From NCBI GenBank assembly GCA_965204725.1, contig OZ242005.1:4224001-4288000 (forward strand): 64,000 nt of DNA. Direction: 5' to 3'. The stretch comes from Candidatus Latescibacterota bacterium (GTDB taxonomy: Bacteria; Latescibacterota; UBA2968; UBA8231). The notes beneath the pieces are model-generated. The model worked only from the letters and a program-made list of their open reading frames with translations, was not told the DNA's origin and did no database searches. This document shows, piece by piece, positions 31,178 through 41,188 of the stretch (position 1 is the stretch's first letter; every line of letters begins with the position of its first letter). The translations under genes were made by a program, and so were the position numbers.

Positions 31178-33028
31178 ATGCGACACATCCTAATGGGATT
31201 GATTTTTTTAATTGTAAGTGGGGGCGTAATCCGCGCCGCGACTACGGAAGATCCGTATGCTGAGGTAAATGCTAGCTGGGAGCGTTTTGGGGCCGTGTAT
31301 TCGCGCATTCTGGAAAACTATTACGCCCGTCTGGACCAAGAGGAAGTTATGAGCGCAGCCATCAAGGGCATGCTCGGCCAACTGGATACATATAGCGAGT
31401 TCTACGACGAGGAAGGTTTGCGCCAGTTGCGCCAAGACACGACGGGCAAGTTCGCGGGGTTGGGGATTACGGTTGCTATAAAAGACCGTTTTCCCGTTGT
31501 AATTGCCCCTATTGAGGATACTCCGGCCTTTCGGGCAGGGCTGAGACCGGGCGACTTGATCGTCGCTGTCGAGGGCAAAAGTACCTTGGATATGCAGCTT
31601 GAGTCTGTCGTCAACGCGCTGCGCGGAGACCCTGGAACAAAGGTTGCCATCTCGGTCGCCACTCACTTGGGAGCAACGCCGCGCGAAGTTGAAATCCAAA
31701 GGGAAATTATCAGGATTAAGAGCGTTGTGCTGGTAGAGGAGCTCAAAGGCAAAATCGGTTATGTTAGTATGCGTCGGACGCGTTTTTCCGAGCATACCTC
31801 CAGTGAAGTAGAAGAGGCGGTAAAAAGCCTCCCGCGAGTTGAAGGGCTAATTTTAGATCTGCGAGGAAATCCGGGAGGCTTGTTTAGTCAAGCTACCCAG
31901 GTTGCGGACTTGTTTTTACCCCAAGGGGTGCCGATCGTTTCGATTAGGGAACGCGAAGGAGGGAGAGAAGAAGTCAAGTATTCCCGCCGTCAGTCTATTG
32001 CGCGAGATATACCCTTGGTAGTTCTGATTGACGAGGGTAGTGCCAGCGCGTCCGAAATCGTTGCTGGAGCTATCCAAGACAACGATCGAGGGGTGATTGT
32101 CGGAACGGCATCCTTTGGCAAAGGTTCGGTACAGACCATATTCGACCTACGCGAAGAGGCGTCTAGTGCTTTGAAGCTGACGACGGCACTCTACTACGCG
32201 CCAAGCGGGCGTAGTATCCACCGCGAACAGGATATAGTTCGGCCTGTGCATCGAGTCCTGTTCGGCGATAGGGAGCTGCCGCATCAGTTAGTGATGGACC
32301 TTATTTTGCGCTCAGATAATAGGGTTAAGGCCCTTTCTGCACTCCAATCTCATTTTGATATGGATTCTGAGTCCGCAGAGAGCGTTCTCTTGATCCGTTT
32401 GGGTGATTTAGTGGGTAGATCCAAGATAGGAGAGGCAGGATTGTTGGATAGCATTTCAAACCGAACTTATTATACTCAGCGAGGTCGCAAGGTCTTCGGC
32501 GGCGGCGGTATTAAGCCCGATATTGGTGTCGAGCAAGAACCATTCCCTCCCTACATACAAAAGTTAGAGCGGCGGCGGCTCTTCTTTGACTTTGTCATAG
32601 ACTATGTATCAACTGACTCGTCTTGGGCAGAGGAACATCCAAGCTTGACCGTCAGCGATGAGATGGTTAAGGGTTTTATAGAGTTCGTCCGCACTAAGAA
32701 CAGAAGCCTGGATCAAGGCCAAGAAGGGTTGAGCCAAATAGAAGAACTTGAGGGCTTGGCTGAGGAAATGGATTGGGATAAGGCTGCACAGGAGTTAATC
32801 CATCAGCTAAGGGCGGCGGTGGAGCAGGAGTGGGAGCGGCGGTATAGCAGCAAGTTAGAACCTTATATAAAGAATGCTTTACGTCGAGAACTAGTCTTGC
32901 GTTTCAGAGGAAGAAAGGCCCAACTTCTTGAAGAATTGAAGGAGGATGTACAGCTAGCGAAGGCGGTAGAAGTGCTAGGAGACCAAGACCAATACTTGGG
33001 GGTATTGGCCGCAGAAAAAGCGAAGTGA
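31178..33028 (+). CDS. ctpA: S41 carboxyl-terminal processing protease with PDZ domain
   Basis: Signal peptide, GLGI, LDLRGNPGG, SASASEIVAG, FGKGSVQ, GGGGIKPD. Confidence 0.93.
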   Translation: MRHILMGLIFLIVSGGVIRAATTEDPYAEVNASWERFGAVYSRILENYYARLDQEEVMSAAIKGMLGQLDTYSEFYDEEGLRQLRQDTTGKFAGLGITVAIKDRFPVVIAPIEDTPAFRAGLRPGDLIVAVEGKSTLDMQLESVVNALRGDPGTKVAISVATHLGATPREVEIQREIIRIKSVVLVEELKGKIGYVSMRRTRFSEHTSSEVEEAVKSLPRVEGLILDLRGNPGGLFSQATQVADLFLPQGVPIVSIREREGGREEVKYSRRQSIARDIPLVVLIDEGSASASEIVAGAIQDNDRGVIVGTASFGKGSVQTIFDLREEASSALKLTTALYYAPSGRSIHREQDIVRPVHRVLFGDRELPHQLVMDLILRSDNRVKALSALQSHFDMDSESAESVLLIRLGDLVGRSKIGEAGLLDSISNRTYYTQRGRKVFGGGGIKPDIGVEQEPFPPYIQKLERRRLFFDFVIDYVSTDSSWAEEHPSLTVSDEMVKGFIEFVRTKNRSLDQGQEGLSQIEELEGLAEEMDWDKAAQELIHQLRAAVEQEWERRYSSKLEPYIKNALRRELVLRFRGRKAQLLEELKEDVQLAKAVEVLGDQDQYLGVLAAEKAK

Positions 33029-33087
33029 GCGGCGATAAGCGGGGCTTTGTAATCGTCTGATTCTGTATCATTTTATAACTACTAAGC

Positions 33088-34623
33088 GTGAGGCAGATCG
33101 TGCAAACAGAGATTTTTATCAACCAAGGCATTCACGAATCCCGTATTGCCATCTTGGAAGAGGGGCGTCTAGCTGAAGTCTGGGTCGAAAGGCCCGAAAG
33201 TGAGCGGACGGTAGGGGACATATACAAAGGGGTTGTAACGGCCGTTTTACCTGGCCTACAGGCTGCATTTGTCGAGATAGGCCATGATCGCACCGCGTTC
33301 CTCCAAGTGCGCGATATGGTGGAGGCTGATAAAGGAGAGACCGAGGGGGCGCGTAACGGACACCGCTCTCGCCAGCGCGGTTATCCTTGCATTCAAAACC
33401 TAATCAAGAAGGGCGAAGAGGTGCTGGTGCAAATCACCAAAGAGCCCATAGGCACTAAAGGTGCCCGTGTGACAACTCAGTTATCGCTTCCGGGTCGTTT
33501 TATGGTACTGGTTCCGGGAGGTAATTGGGTTGGTGTATCGCGCAAGATCACGAGTCGGAACGAACGCAAAAGACTGAGAGATCAGGTACTCAAGATCAAA
33601 CCCAATGGCTACTCAGTAATCGTGCGGACCGAAGGACAGAACCAGAGCGATCGCGAGTTCAAACGCGATATGAAGCAGCTAGTAAAAAACCACGAGCGCC
33701 TGCTCAAGACTAGCAAGAAGGTTGGAGTACCTGCCTTAGTGTACAAGGAAATGGGCATGACCTCCAGCGTAATACGCGACCTGTTCACCGACAATGTGAA
33801 TCGGCTAGTCGTTGATAGCAAAGAGCTGTACAAGGAGATAACGGCTTATTTGCGGCAGGTTTCCCCTAAATTGCGTCAAAGGGTTGAGCTTTACCGAGAT
33901 CGTCGGCCCATTTTCGATGCCTTCAATATTGAGGAAGATATTGAGAAGGCGACCAACCGCACAGTGTGGTTGCGGCGGGGCGGAGCCTTGGTCATTGACT
34001 ACGCCGAGGCGGGGACCTTTATCGACGTGAACTCAGCCCGTTATCTCGGCTCAGACAATCAGGAGGAAAACAATCTTAACACCAACCTAAAGGCCGCTCG
34101 TGAGATTGCCCGCCAACTCAAGCTCCGCGACATTGGCGGAATTATCGTCATCGACTTTATCGATATGAGTGAGGCGCACAACCGCAGAAAGGTCGTTGAC
34201 TGCTTGGTCGAGGAGTTCAAAAGGGATCGGGCGAAGGTCTCTATCAGCCCGAACATCAGCGAGTTTGGCTTGGTTGAAATGACTCGCCAGCGCGTCCGTC
34301 CAAACCTTTTGCACACTCATAGCGATCCTTGTCCCATTTGCAGCGGCACGGGCCGAATTATGGGGCCAGACACAACCTTGACTTGGATTGAACGCTGGCT
34401 TCAGCGTTCGTATGCTGCCACCCGTGAAAGACGCTACGTGTTAAAGGTCCACCCCGATGTGGCCACCTATATGCTAGAAAACCGCGAGGAACGGCTCAAG
34501 TCGTTGCGTAAGGCGACCAAAGCTCGCCTCCAAATTGAGACCGATTCCACTTTGGGGCCTCAAGACTATCTTTTTTTCTCGACCAAACGCAGCCTAGACG
34601 TGACAGCCGAGTTTCGGGTTTGA
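33088..34623 (+). CDS. rng: Ribonuclease E/G family (RNase G-sized)
   Basis: S1 domain GDIYKG, KGAR, IDVNS, LRDIGGIIVIDFIDM, CPICSG. Confidence 0.92.
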   Translation: MRQIVQTEIFINQGIHESRIAILEEGRLAEVWVERPESERTVGDIYKGVVTAVLPGLQAAFVEIGHDRTAFLQVRDMVEADKGETEGARNGHRSRQRGYPCIQNLIKKGEEVLVQITKEPIGTKGARVTTQLSLPGRFMVLVPGGNWVGVSRKITSRNERKRLRDQVLKIKPNGYSVIVRTEGQNQSDREFKRDMKQLVKNHERLLKTSKKVGVPALVYKEMGMTSSVIRDLFTDNVNRLVVDSKELYKEITAYLRQVSPKLRQRVELYRDRRPIFDAFNIEEDIEKATNRTVWLRRGGALVIDYAEAGTFIDVNSARYLGSDNQEENNLNTNLKAAREIARQLKLRDIGGIIVIDFIDMSEAHNRRKVVDCLVEEFKRDRAKVSISPNISEFGLVEMTRQRVRPNLLHTHSDPCPICSGTGRIMGPDTTLTWIERWLQRSYAATRERRYVLKVHPDVATYMLENREERLKSLRKATKARLQIETDSTLGPQDYLFFSTKRSLDVTAEFRV

Positions 34624-34648
34624 CAGAAAAAATTCTGGCCTATACCTT
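34620..34648 (+). promoter_or_regulatory. Putative rplU promoter
   Basis: TTGACA-N17-TACCTT overlapping the rng stop codon. Confidence 0.55.
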
Positions 34649-34699
34649 TAGATGTTTCTTGGTTGATTGCGAAATAGTCTTAGCTTAGGAGCGTAAATC

Positions 34700-35017
34700 A
34701 TGTATGCAGTTGTCAATATCGCCGGCCATCAGATCAAAGTCGACAAAGGTCAGTGTCTGCGCGTACCTCGGCTTCAGGTCGAAGAGGGCAGCACTCAGGA
34801 ATTTACCGACGTATTGCTAATTTCCGGCGATGACGAGACTAGGATTGGCAACCCCACGGTCAAGGGGGCCAGTGTTTCGGCGACGGTCGTCGGCCATAGC
34901 CGCGGGGACAAGATCGTCGTTTTTAAGAAGAAGCGGCGCAAGAAATACCGGCGGCGCAATGGTCACCGCCAAAATTACACCGAGATTCGGGTGGAGGACA
35001 TCGTTCTCCCGAACTGA
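34700..35017 (+). CDS. rplU: 50S ribosomal protein L21
   Basis: [20 protein letters not shown]. Confidence 0.97.
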   Translation: MYAVVNIAGHQIKVDKGQCLRVPRLQVEEGSTQEFTDVLLISGDDETRIGNPTVKGASVSATVVGHSRGDKIVVFKKKRRKKYRRRNGHRQNYTEIRVEDIVLPN

Positions 35018-35037
35018 GTGAGAAAGGACTAGGTATT

Positions 35038-35292
35038 ATGGCTCATAAAAAGGGCGTCGGTAGTTCTAAAAACGGGCGCGATAGCAATGCCCAGCGTCTA
35101 GGCGTTAAGCGCTTTGGGGGACAGAGGGTCAGTGCAGGCACGATTATCGTGCGGCAACGCGGTACGCGCATTCATCCGGGCGTCAATGTCAAGAAGGGCG
35201 GGGACGATACGCTCTTCGCCACAATTGATGGGCAGGTGAAATTTGAGGCTTTCGGCAAGAAGGGCAAGCGGGTGAGTGTGTACGCTGCCTAA
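35038..35292 (+). CDS. rpmA: 50S ribosomal protein L27
   Basis: [21 protein letters not shown]. Confidence 0.98.
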   Translation: MAHKKGVGSSKNGRDSNAQRLGVKRFGGQRVSAGTIIVRQRGTRIHPGVNVKKGGDDTLFATIDGQVKFEAFGKKGKRVSVYAA

Positions 35293-35331
35293 GAAGATGA
35301 GTCAATAAATCATAACGCGAAATGTATTGAG

Positions 35332-35366
35332 GCAGGCTCCATCAGAATGATTGGGCCTGTTTTTTT
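35332..35366 (+). terminator. Intrinsic terminator after rpmA
   Basis: GCAGGCTC...GGGCCTGT hairpin plus T run. Confidence 0.7.
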
Positions 35367-35446
35367 GGCTTTGTACCAGGGGCCTTGCTGGTAGAAAGGG
35401 GTTTTTGTACTCTTTTACTTTCCACCGAATGGAATAGATAATTCTC

Positions 35447-36604
35447 ATGAAAATTCACGAATATCAAGCCAAAAAAATTCTGCGCCAGTACCAAGTCGCC
35501 GTACCTAGTGGCACCATGGCCACGACAGCCAACCAAGCCGAACGCGTGGCCGCCGAATTGGGTGGAAAGGTCGTAATTAAGGCCCAAATTCACGCTGGAG
35601 GTCGAGGCAAGGGCGGGGGCGTCAAATTGGCGGCTAACCCCGAAGAGGTGCGCCAAGCGACCAGCGAGATTCTCGGCATGCAGCTCGTTACTCACCAGAC
35701 TGGCCCTGAGGGCCAAAAGGTCAAGCAAGTCCTAGTGGAGAAGGCCTCGGATATAGAACGCGAGTTTTACTTGGGCATCACTCTCGACCGGGCACAGAGT
35801 AAGCCAGTGGTTATGGCCAGCCAAGAGGGCGGAGTTGAAATTGAGGAGGTTGCCGTTGCGACCCCAGAAAAAATTCTCAAGGAAACGGTCGATCCTAGAG
35901 TGGGGCTACAGGCATTCCAAGCAACACGCCTAGCATTTGGGCTTGGCTTTGAAGGCAAACAGGTTCGCCAAGCAATCAGCTTTATCCTTAGCCTCTATAG
36001 GGCCTATGTCGATGCCGACTGCTCGCTGGTCGAGATCAATCCCTTGGTGGTGACCGCCGACGGGCAGCTCTTGGCACTGGATGCCAAAATAGACATAGAC
36101 GACAACGCGCTCTTCCGCCACCCCGACTTAGCGAAAATGCACGATGTGGATGAAGAGGAGGAATTGGAGGTCGAAGCAGCCAAATACGGTCTGAACTACA
36201 TCAAACTCGACGGCAATATCGGTTGTATGGTCAACGGTGCTGGATTGGCGATGGCCACTATGGACATCATCAAGCTCTCGGGTGCCGAGCCAGCTAATTT
36301 TCTGGATGTAGGCGGAGGGGCCAGTGCTGAGACCGTGGAAAACGGCTTCCGAATTTTGCTTTCCGACCCGAATGTAAAGGCCATACTCATCAATATCTTC
36401 GGAGGCATTGTGCGCTGTGACCGCGTGGCCGCAGGCGTGATTGAGGCGCGCAAAAACATTGAAGTCAATGTGCCTATCGTCGTGCGACTAGCCGGGACCA
36501 ACGCGGAGGTGGCTGCCGAAATGCTGGAAAACTCCGACATGGACTTTGCCGTTGGGCACGGACTAAAAGACGCGGCGGCGATGGTCAAGGCGACTATTCC
36601 ATAA
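35447..36604 (+). CDS. sucC: Succinyl-CoA synthetase beta subunit
   Basis: [41 protein letters not shown]. Confidence 0.98.
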   Translation: MKIHEYQAKKILRQYQVAVPSGTMATTANQAERVAAELGGKVVIKAQIHAGGRGKGGGVKLAANPEEVRQATSEILGMQLVTHQTGPEGQKVKQVLVEKASDIEREFYLGITLDRAQSKPVVMASQEGGVEIEEVAVATPEKILKETVDPRVGLQAFQATRLAFGLGFEGKQVRQAISFILSLYRAYVDADCSLVEINPLVVTADGQLLALDAKIDIDDNALFRHPDLAKMHDVDEEEELEVEAAKYGLNYIKLDGNIGCMVNGAGLAMATMDIIKLSGAEPANFLDVGGGASAETVENGFRILLSDPNVKAILINIFGGIVRCDRVAAGVIEARKNIEVNVPIVVRLAGTNAEVAAEMLENSDMDFAVGHGLKDAAAMVKATIP

Positions 36605-36617
36605 GAGGAGTACAGGG

Positions 36618-37487
36618 ATGAGTGTTTTAATCGACGAAAACACCAAGGTTTTTGTACAGGCAATTACTGGGTCGGAGGGCTCTTTTCACACTCGACAAAT
36701 GCTGGAGTACGGCACAAAGGTGGTAGGAGGAGCAACACCTGGCAAAGGCGGCCAAGAATTTGAAGGCATTCCGGTGTTTAATACGGTCGCTGAAGGCGTT
36801 GAGGCCTCTGGTGCCAATGCTTCAATCATCTTTGTGCCAGCCCCCTTTGCCGCCGATGCCATTATGGAAGCGGCCGATGCCGGTCTAGAGTTGGTCATCT
36901 GTATCAGCGAAAATATTCCCGTGAGCGACATGGTTAAAGCCTACGATTATGTACAGGCGCGCTCTACCCGGCTGATCGGGCCTAATTGCCCCGGCGTCAT
37001 CTCGCCTGGGAAGTGCAAAGTCGGCATTATGCCCGACTTTATTCACCAGCTAGGTCGCGTGGGTATTATCTCACGTAGCGGAACGCTGACCTACGAAGCC
37101 GTGGGGCAGCTTACTGAGCGGGGCCTAGGCCAGTCCACTGCTATCGGCATTGGCGGCGACCCAATTATCGGTACGCGCTTTGTGGACGCGCTGGCACTTT
37201 TTAAGGACGATCCTGAAACCGATGCAGTCGTGATGATCGGCGAGATCGGCGGCACCGCTGAAGAAGAAGCGGCCGCCTATATCAAAGAGTGCTACGACAT
37301 GCCTGTCATTGGCTTTATCGCGGGGCGCACGGCACCTCCGGGGCGGCGGATGGGACATGCAGGAGCTATTATTTCAGGTGGTAAGGGAACAGCCGAGGAC
37401 AAGATGGCGGCGATGCGGGAAGCCGGAATTCACATCTGTGAGAGTCCTGCGGAAATTGGGGAAACGGTAGAGAAGGTGCTGGGCTGA
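36618..37487 (+). CDS. sucD: Succinyl-CoA synthetase alpha subunit
   Basis: [28 protein letters not shown]. Confidence 0.98.
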   Translation: MSVLIDENTKVFVQAITGSEGSFHTRQMLEYGTKVVGGATPGKGGQEFEGIPVFNTVAEGVEASGANASIIFVPAPFAADAIMEAADAGLELVICISENIPVSDMVKAYDYVQARSTRLIGPNCPGVISPGKCKVGIMPDFIHQLGRVGIISRSGTLTYEAVGQLTERGLGQSTAIGIGGDPIIGTRFVDALALFKDDPETDAVVMIGEIGGTAEEEAAAYIKECYDMPVIGFIAGRTAPPGRRMGHAGAIISGGKGTAEDKMAAMREAGIHICESPAEIGETVEKVLG

Positions 37488-37600
37488 TTGGGGATGTTTT
37501 TCTACGTTCAACAATTCAAGAGTCTGGCTGGGAAAGGTTTCTCCTAACCAATAGCGGCATAACGGCGGGTTGGCGGCTAAGAAGCAGGAGTCAGGCAGAG

Positions 37601-38566
37601 TTATGAGGCTACTGGGTAATTATCAAGCCGCCTTTGAATGAGCATCGCCTGTAGATAACCCCGAGTGCGGCTGGACCAGAACAGGTAACTAAAGACCAAA
37701 TCCGGGACATAGGTTTTCATAAGCCAGCGGGTCAACCAGCGGATTGGATAGTGAATCGGCGACAACAGGGCTAGCTGAAGTGCTATCCGCCGAGGAGAAA
37801 ATGCAGAGGCCCTGATAAAGTCCAGCCGGAGGACGGCGTCAAGTTCAGGGTGCTTGCGTAAAAGGACGGGGATTGACTTGCTGCCGTAAGTTTGCATTAA
37901 GCGGCAGAGTGGCTCCAATGAACGCAAGTGATAGTGGTAGGACAGGGCTTCAGGGGCATAGTAAAGCGGAATACCCGCTAAATGGAGGCGGTACCCCAAT
38001 TCTAGGTCTTCGCCGCCATAAGCAGTGAGATCCTCGTCGAAAAAACCCACGCGGCGCAGAGACGACCGGCGAACCGAGGAGTTGCCGGTGACGAAGCACT
38101 TGAAAGGTATGGGCTTATCCGTGTCGACCCTGTGAACACCCCTTCTTTCGAGATAGCGGGTCAGGGATGTAGTGGGAATTTCAGGGGCAAAGCGGATGTT
38201 ACCGATAAAAACAGCTTCTACATGGGTTTGATGCCGTTGGGCATGGGCACGGAGAAAATTTATGCCAACGGTCATATCGCTGTCGAGAAAGACAACTACA
38301 TCACCGCTGGCTACTCGAAGTGCCGCGTTGCGTGCCCGAGCGCGTCCCTGATTCTGTTCGTTGCGAATCAACCGCAACTGTAAAGGCGCGACTGCCGCAT
38401 GTAAGTGATCGGCGTCCAAGTGGGGGGAGGCGTCGTCCACCACGATGATTTGAATCGCCTCATGGGGATAATTTTGCTGCGACAGGCTTTTAAGTGCTGC
38501 TTCGAGGCACTCAGGCTCGCCATAGGTAGGCATCACGATGCTGAGCGTCAGCGGGGAGGCACTCAT
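37601..38566 (-). CDS. Family 2 glycosyltransferase
   Basis: SIVMPTY, VVDDAS, ARN, FLDSD, GGEDLELGYRL. Confidence 0.92.
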   Translation of the reverse strand: MSASPLTLSIVMPTYGEPECLEAALKSLSQQNYPHEAIQIIVVDDASPHLDADHLHAAVAPLQLRLIRNEQNQGRARARNAALRVASGDVVVFLDSDMTVGINFLRAHAQRHQTHVEAVFIGNIRFAPEIPTTSLTRYLERRGVHRVDTDKPIPFKCFVTGNSSVRRSSLRRVGFFDEDLTAYGGEDLELGYRLHLAGIPLYYAPEALSYHYHLRSLEPLCRLMQTYGSKSIPVLLRKHPELDAVLRLDFIRASAFSPRRIALQLALLSPIHYPIRWLTRWLMKTYVPDLVFSYLFWSSRTRGYLQAMLIQRRLDNYPVAS

Positions 38567-39678
38567 GCTAGAGTTGCATAAAGCTGGGTGAGTTGGGCGG
38601 CTTCTCGTTCCCAGTTATAGTGCCGTGCCGCCTGCAAACTCGCCTTAGTACATGCCTCCCGCTGCTCTGCATTGTCCAAAAAAGTGGCGATCTGCTCTCG
38701 GATGGCAACTATATCGGTTGGATCGACCGTAGCCCCGGTACGTGTTTCGCGGACGATACGTTGCATTTCAGGAAAGTTGCTAGCTAGGACTGGTAGCCCG
38801 GCCATCATATATTCAAAGAGCTTGTTGGGCAGAGAGTAGTAAAAGCTCTTGCCCGTGCCTTTTATCAGACACAGTCCCAAGTCGGCCGAGCAAGTATAGT
38901 TGTGAAGTTGGTGAAAGGGCACCCGGGGAATAAAGAAGACTTGGTCGTCTAGTCTCGCAGCGCGGACTTGGTTCCGCAGGGCCTGTTCGCTAGGCCCGTC
39001 CCCAATCAAAACTAAGGCAGCGGCAAGCCCAGCAGCGGCCTCAATTTGCTCGCGCAAGCCATTTTCGGTGAGGAATCCCCCTTGGTAGAGAACAATAGGG
39101 CGGTCATCGGGCAGGTCCAGCGTTTCGCGTATCAGGTTGCTTTGGTCCTTATGGCGGAATAGAGGCAAATTATGCAGAACAACGACCTCGTCAAGGCCGT
39201 AACGCTCCTTGAGTGATTGGGCGATAGACCCACTGACGGTTATGACTCGATCTACCTGTCTTATCAGCCGCTTCTCTAGCAAACTCCAGCAGGACCGCAT
39301 CAGCGGCCGACTGACCAGTGAGGATTGTTCGGTCCAAAATTCGTGTGAGTCATAAACGATGGGCCGATCTAGTCGCCGCGCAGCCCGCACTGCTGGCCAA
39401 AGCGAATCTAGGTCGTGGGCGTGATAGGCATCCGGGTGGATCTCAACCAATAGTCGATAAGCTCGTTGCCAAAACAAAGGATAGAGGCGGCGCAATGAGA
39501 GGCTGCGGTCTAGCGGAATCGGATGGACTTCAAAATTGTCCCATCCCTTGAGAGGGGCTGAGTTGAACGAGGAGGCGACAATGACGACTTGGTAACCAGC
39601 ACGGTGTAGCGAAGTGGCCTCTCGGTAGATGCGGTAGTCGAAATTCAGGTCGGTGAAGGCGACCATACAGATACGCAT
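38563..39678 (-). CDS. Family 4 glycosyltransferase
   Basis: HAHD, YDSHE, SLPNKLFEYMMAGLPV, YNWE; likely ATG 39678. Confidence 0.92.
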   Translation of the reverse strand: MRICMVAFTDLNFDYRIYREATSLHRAGYQVVIVASSFNSAPLKGWDNFEVHPIPLDRSLSLRRLYPLFWQRAYRLLVEIHPDAYHAHDLDSLWPAVRAARRLDRPIVYDSHEFWTEQSSLVSRPLMRSCWSLLEKRLIRQVDRVITVSGSIAQSLKERYGLDEVVVLHNLPLFRHKDQSNLIRETLDLPDDRPIVLYQGGFLTENGLREQIEAAAGLAAALVLIGDGPSEQALRNQVRAARLDDQVFFIPRVPFHQLHNYTCSADLGLCLIKGTGKSFYYSLPNKLFEYMMAGLPVLASNFPEMQRIVRETRTGATVDPTDIVAIREQIATFLDNAEQREACTKASLQAARHYNWEREAAQLTQLYATLA

Positions 39679-39706
39679 GACGTATAAAGGAATAGGCATA
39701 AAGGCC

Positions 39707-39747
39707 AAAAATAAAAGCAGCCCTTTTATTAAAAATGGGCTGCTCTT
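39707..39747 (-). terminator. Intrinsic terminator between the structured RNA and the GT4 gene
   Basis: Minus strand AAGAGCAGCCC-ATTTTTAATAAAA-GGGCTGCTTTT-ATTTTT. Confidence 0.8.
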
Positions 39748-39753
39748 AAAGAA

Positions 39754-39911
39754 AGAGTGTGGCGGCCAGATGGTGTGATCTTGAAACGCAAGTGAGATCC
39801 TCAAACGAGGCGGTGTGGGGAGGTAGTTTTGAAGATCTCAATGACCCGAAAAGGGAAATCCGAGCTTCGCGGATCAGGACTTTGGCCACGCTATGCGGAC
39901 CGCCACACTCT
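39754..39911 (-). ncRNA. Unclassified structured RNA (~160 nt)
   Basis: 12-bp perfect terminal stem (39754-65/39900-11), three internal hairpins, G-U pairs only on the minus strand, own promoter and terminator. Confidence 0.7.
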
Positions 39912-39923
39912 ATGTTGGAAACT

Positions 39924-39952
39924 AAAATACACACGCTAGATTGTGTTGTCAA
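39924..39952 (-). promoter_or_regulatory. Promoter for the structured RNA with palindromic site
   Basis: TTGACA-N17-TATTTT with extended TG; CACA-N8-TGTG at 39930-39945. Confidence 0.7.
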
Positions 39953-39989
39953 GTAGAAAAACATGCGATAAGAAAATGGTAATGGAGTC

Positions 39990-40018
39990 TTGCACACTTA
40001 CAAGTGTGTGCATATCTT
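39990..40018 (+). promoter_or_regulatory. Promoter and operator of the XRE gene
   Basis: TTGCAC-N17-TATCTT with inverted repeat CACACTT-AC-AAGTGTG at 39993-40008. Confidence 0.7.
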
Positions 40019-40058
40019 AGTAGAGGAGATGGTTGAAAATCGTTCGGAAGGATCGCAG

Positions 40059-40592
40059 ATGCAGTTTGCTGAAATGATCAAGGAGGCCCGGCTACAAGCC
40101 CATCTAAGCCAGCAGAGATTGGCCGAACAGCTCGTGACGGCACGAAGGCCCAAGGGCGTATGGGCAACCTATATAGGACAAATTGAGAAGGGGGAGAAGG
40201 TCCCTTCTGACGAAATATGTATCAAGTTGGCCGAGGTATTGGAACTAGACTCTAATAAAGTGTTGATTGCGGCCTATGAGGCCAAGGCGAGCTCGGAGGA
40301 AGGGCGTGCGATCTATGGCAAGATGATGCGCTTGCTGTCGGACCCAGTAGTCAACCAGCTCTTGTCTAACAAAGAGCCTTTGGATCCAGCCCTCTTGGGA
40401 TTGCTCTCTAATCCAGAAATCGTGGCTCTGCTCGGGGATAAACCGTGGTTAGAGGCCGTTGCCCGAGTGCATGAGAACCAGAAGGAACGCGATGTGTTGT
40501 CCCTGCTCGCTTTAGTAGAAGCGATGGACGACAAACAGTGGAATATGATAATGGGCCTTATAGAGACTTGGGGCTTAGGGCTGCCTAGTTAA
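40059..40592 (+). CDS. XRE-family HTH transcriptional regulator
   Basis: IKEARLQAHLSQQRLAE...TYIGQIEKGEKVPS...KLAEVL; start 40059 or 40029. Confidence 0.85.
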   Translation: MQFAEMIKEARLQAHLSQQRLAEQLVTARRPKGVWATYIGQIEKGEKVPSDEICIKLAEVLELDSNKVLIAAYEAKASSEEGRAIYGKMMRLLSDPVVNQLLSNKEPLDPALLGLLSNPEIVALLGDKPWLEAVARVHENQKERDVLSLLALVEAMDDKQWNMIMGLIETWGLGLPS

Positions 40593-40649
40593 GGAGGCCG
40601 ATTCGCTTAGCGGATGAGGAGAATCACAGCAAAAAGAGCTAATGTCTGG

Positions 40650-41108
40650 TTAGAAGTCGGGTAGTTGGTACTCGCCGCGCTCAATGGCTTGCTCTAACTC
40701 TTGGTGGAAGGTGCTGTCTAGGTGGGAAGTGATTTTCCAACCACTAGAATCGCGAAGAAAATAAAAGAATGGAGACGTGCGCTCATCGTCTATCGTTGAA
40801 GAATCAAAGAGTAGGTAGCCGATGCGCTCGTTGATGATGCGCTCTTCGGCGATTTCTCGACGCAGGTAAGTTTTTACTTCGGCTGGCGTCTTTTGCCGCC
40901 ATCGTTCGACAAAGCTCTGACGATCTTCTCCCCCTACTTGCGAAGAATTGAAACATTCCCAAAGCAGGTCAAAGTCGCGGTTTTCTAGCGCGTATTTATA
41001 GGTTTGGAAGGTCTGAGCCGGGTGGGAGAAGCGTTGGTCTATGTCTTCGCTGTTACAGCCGTGCAGGAGGGCGAGACAAAGAAATAGAAGAAATGGTTGT
41101 AAGGCCAT
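40650..41108 (-). CDS. Hypothetical lipoprotein
   Basis: Hydrophobic leader with lipobox LHGC; start could be 41147. Confidence 0.7.
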   Translation of the reverse strand: MALQPFLLFLCLALLHGCNSEDIDQRFSHPAQTFQTYKYALENRDFDLLWECFNSSQVGGEDRQSFVERWRQKTPAEVKTYLRREIAEERIINERIGYLLFDSSTIDDERTSPFFYFLRDSSGWKITSHLDSTFHQELEQAIERGEYQLPDF

Positions 41109-41188
41109 AGTGTGCAGCGCACGGGTCAGCATCTTGAGCAACGTCAACTACTTGGTAGGAGTAAGCCTACGACCCCCCAGATTGGGCT

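Noticed and set aside
39754-39911. Retron msr-msd, bridge RNA or MITE interpretation of the terminal inverted repeats
   Set aside because: No reverse transcriptase, recombinase or transposase in the window and no clear target-site duplication; the promoter/terminator framing fits a stand-alone transcript better
39819-39939. Plus-strand 36-aa ORF behind GGAGGT (type I toxin idea)
   Set aside because: Peptide is not hydrophobic, no plus-strand promoter was seen, and G-U pairs, promoter and terminator all point to the minus strand
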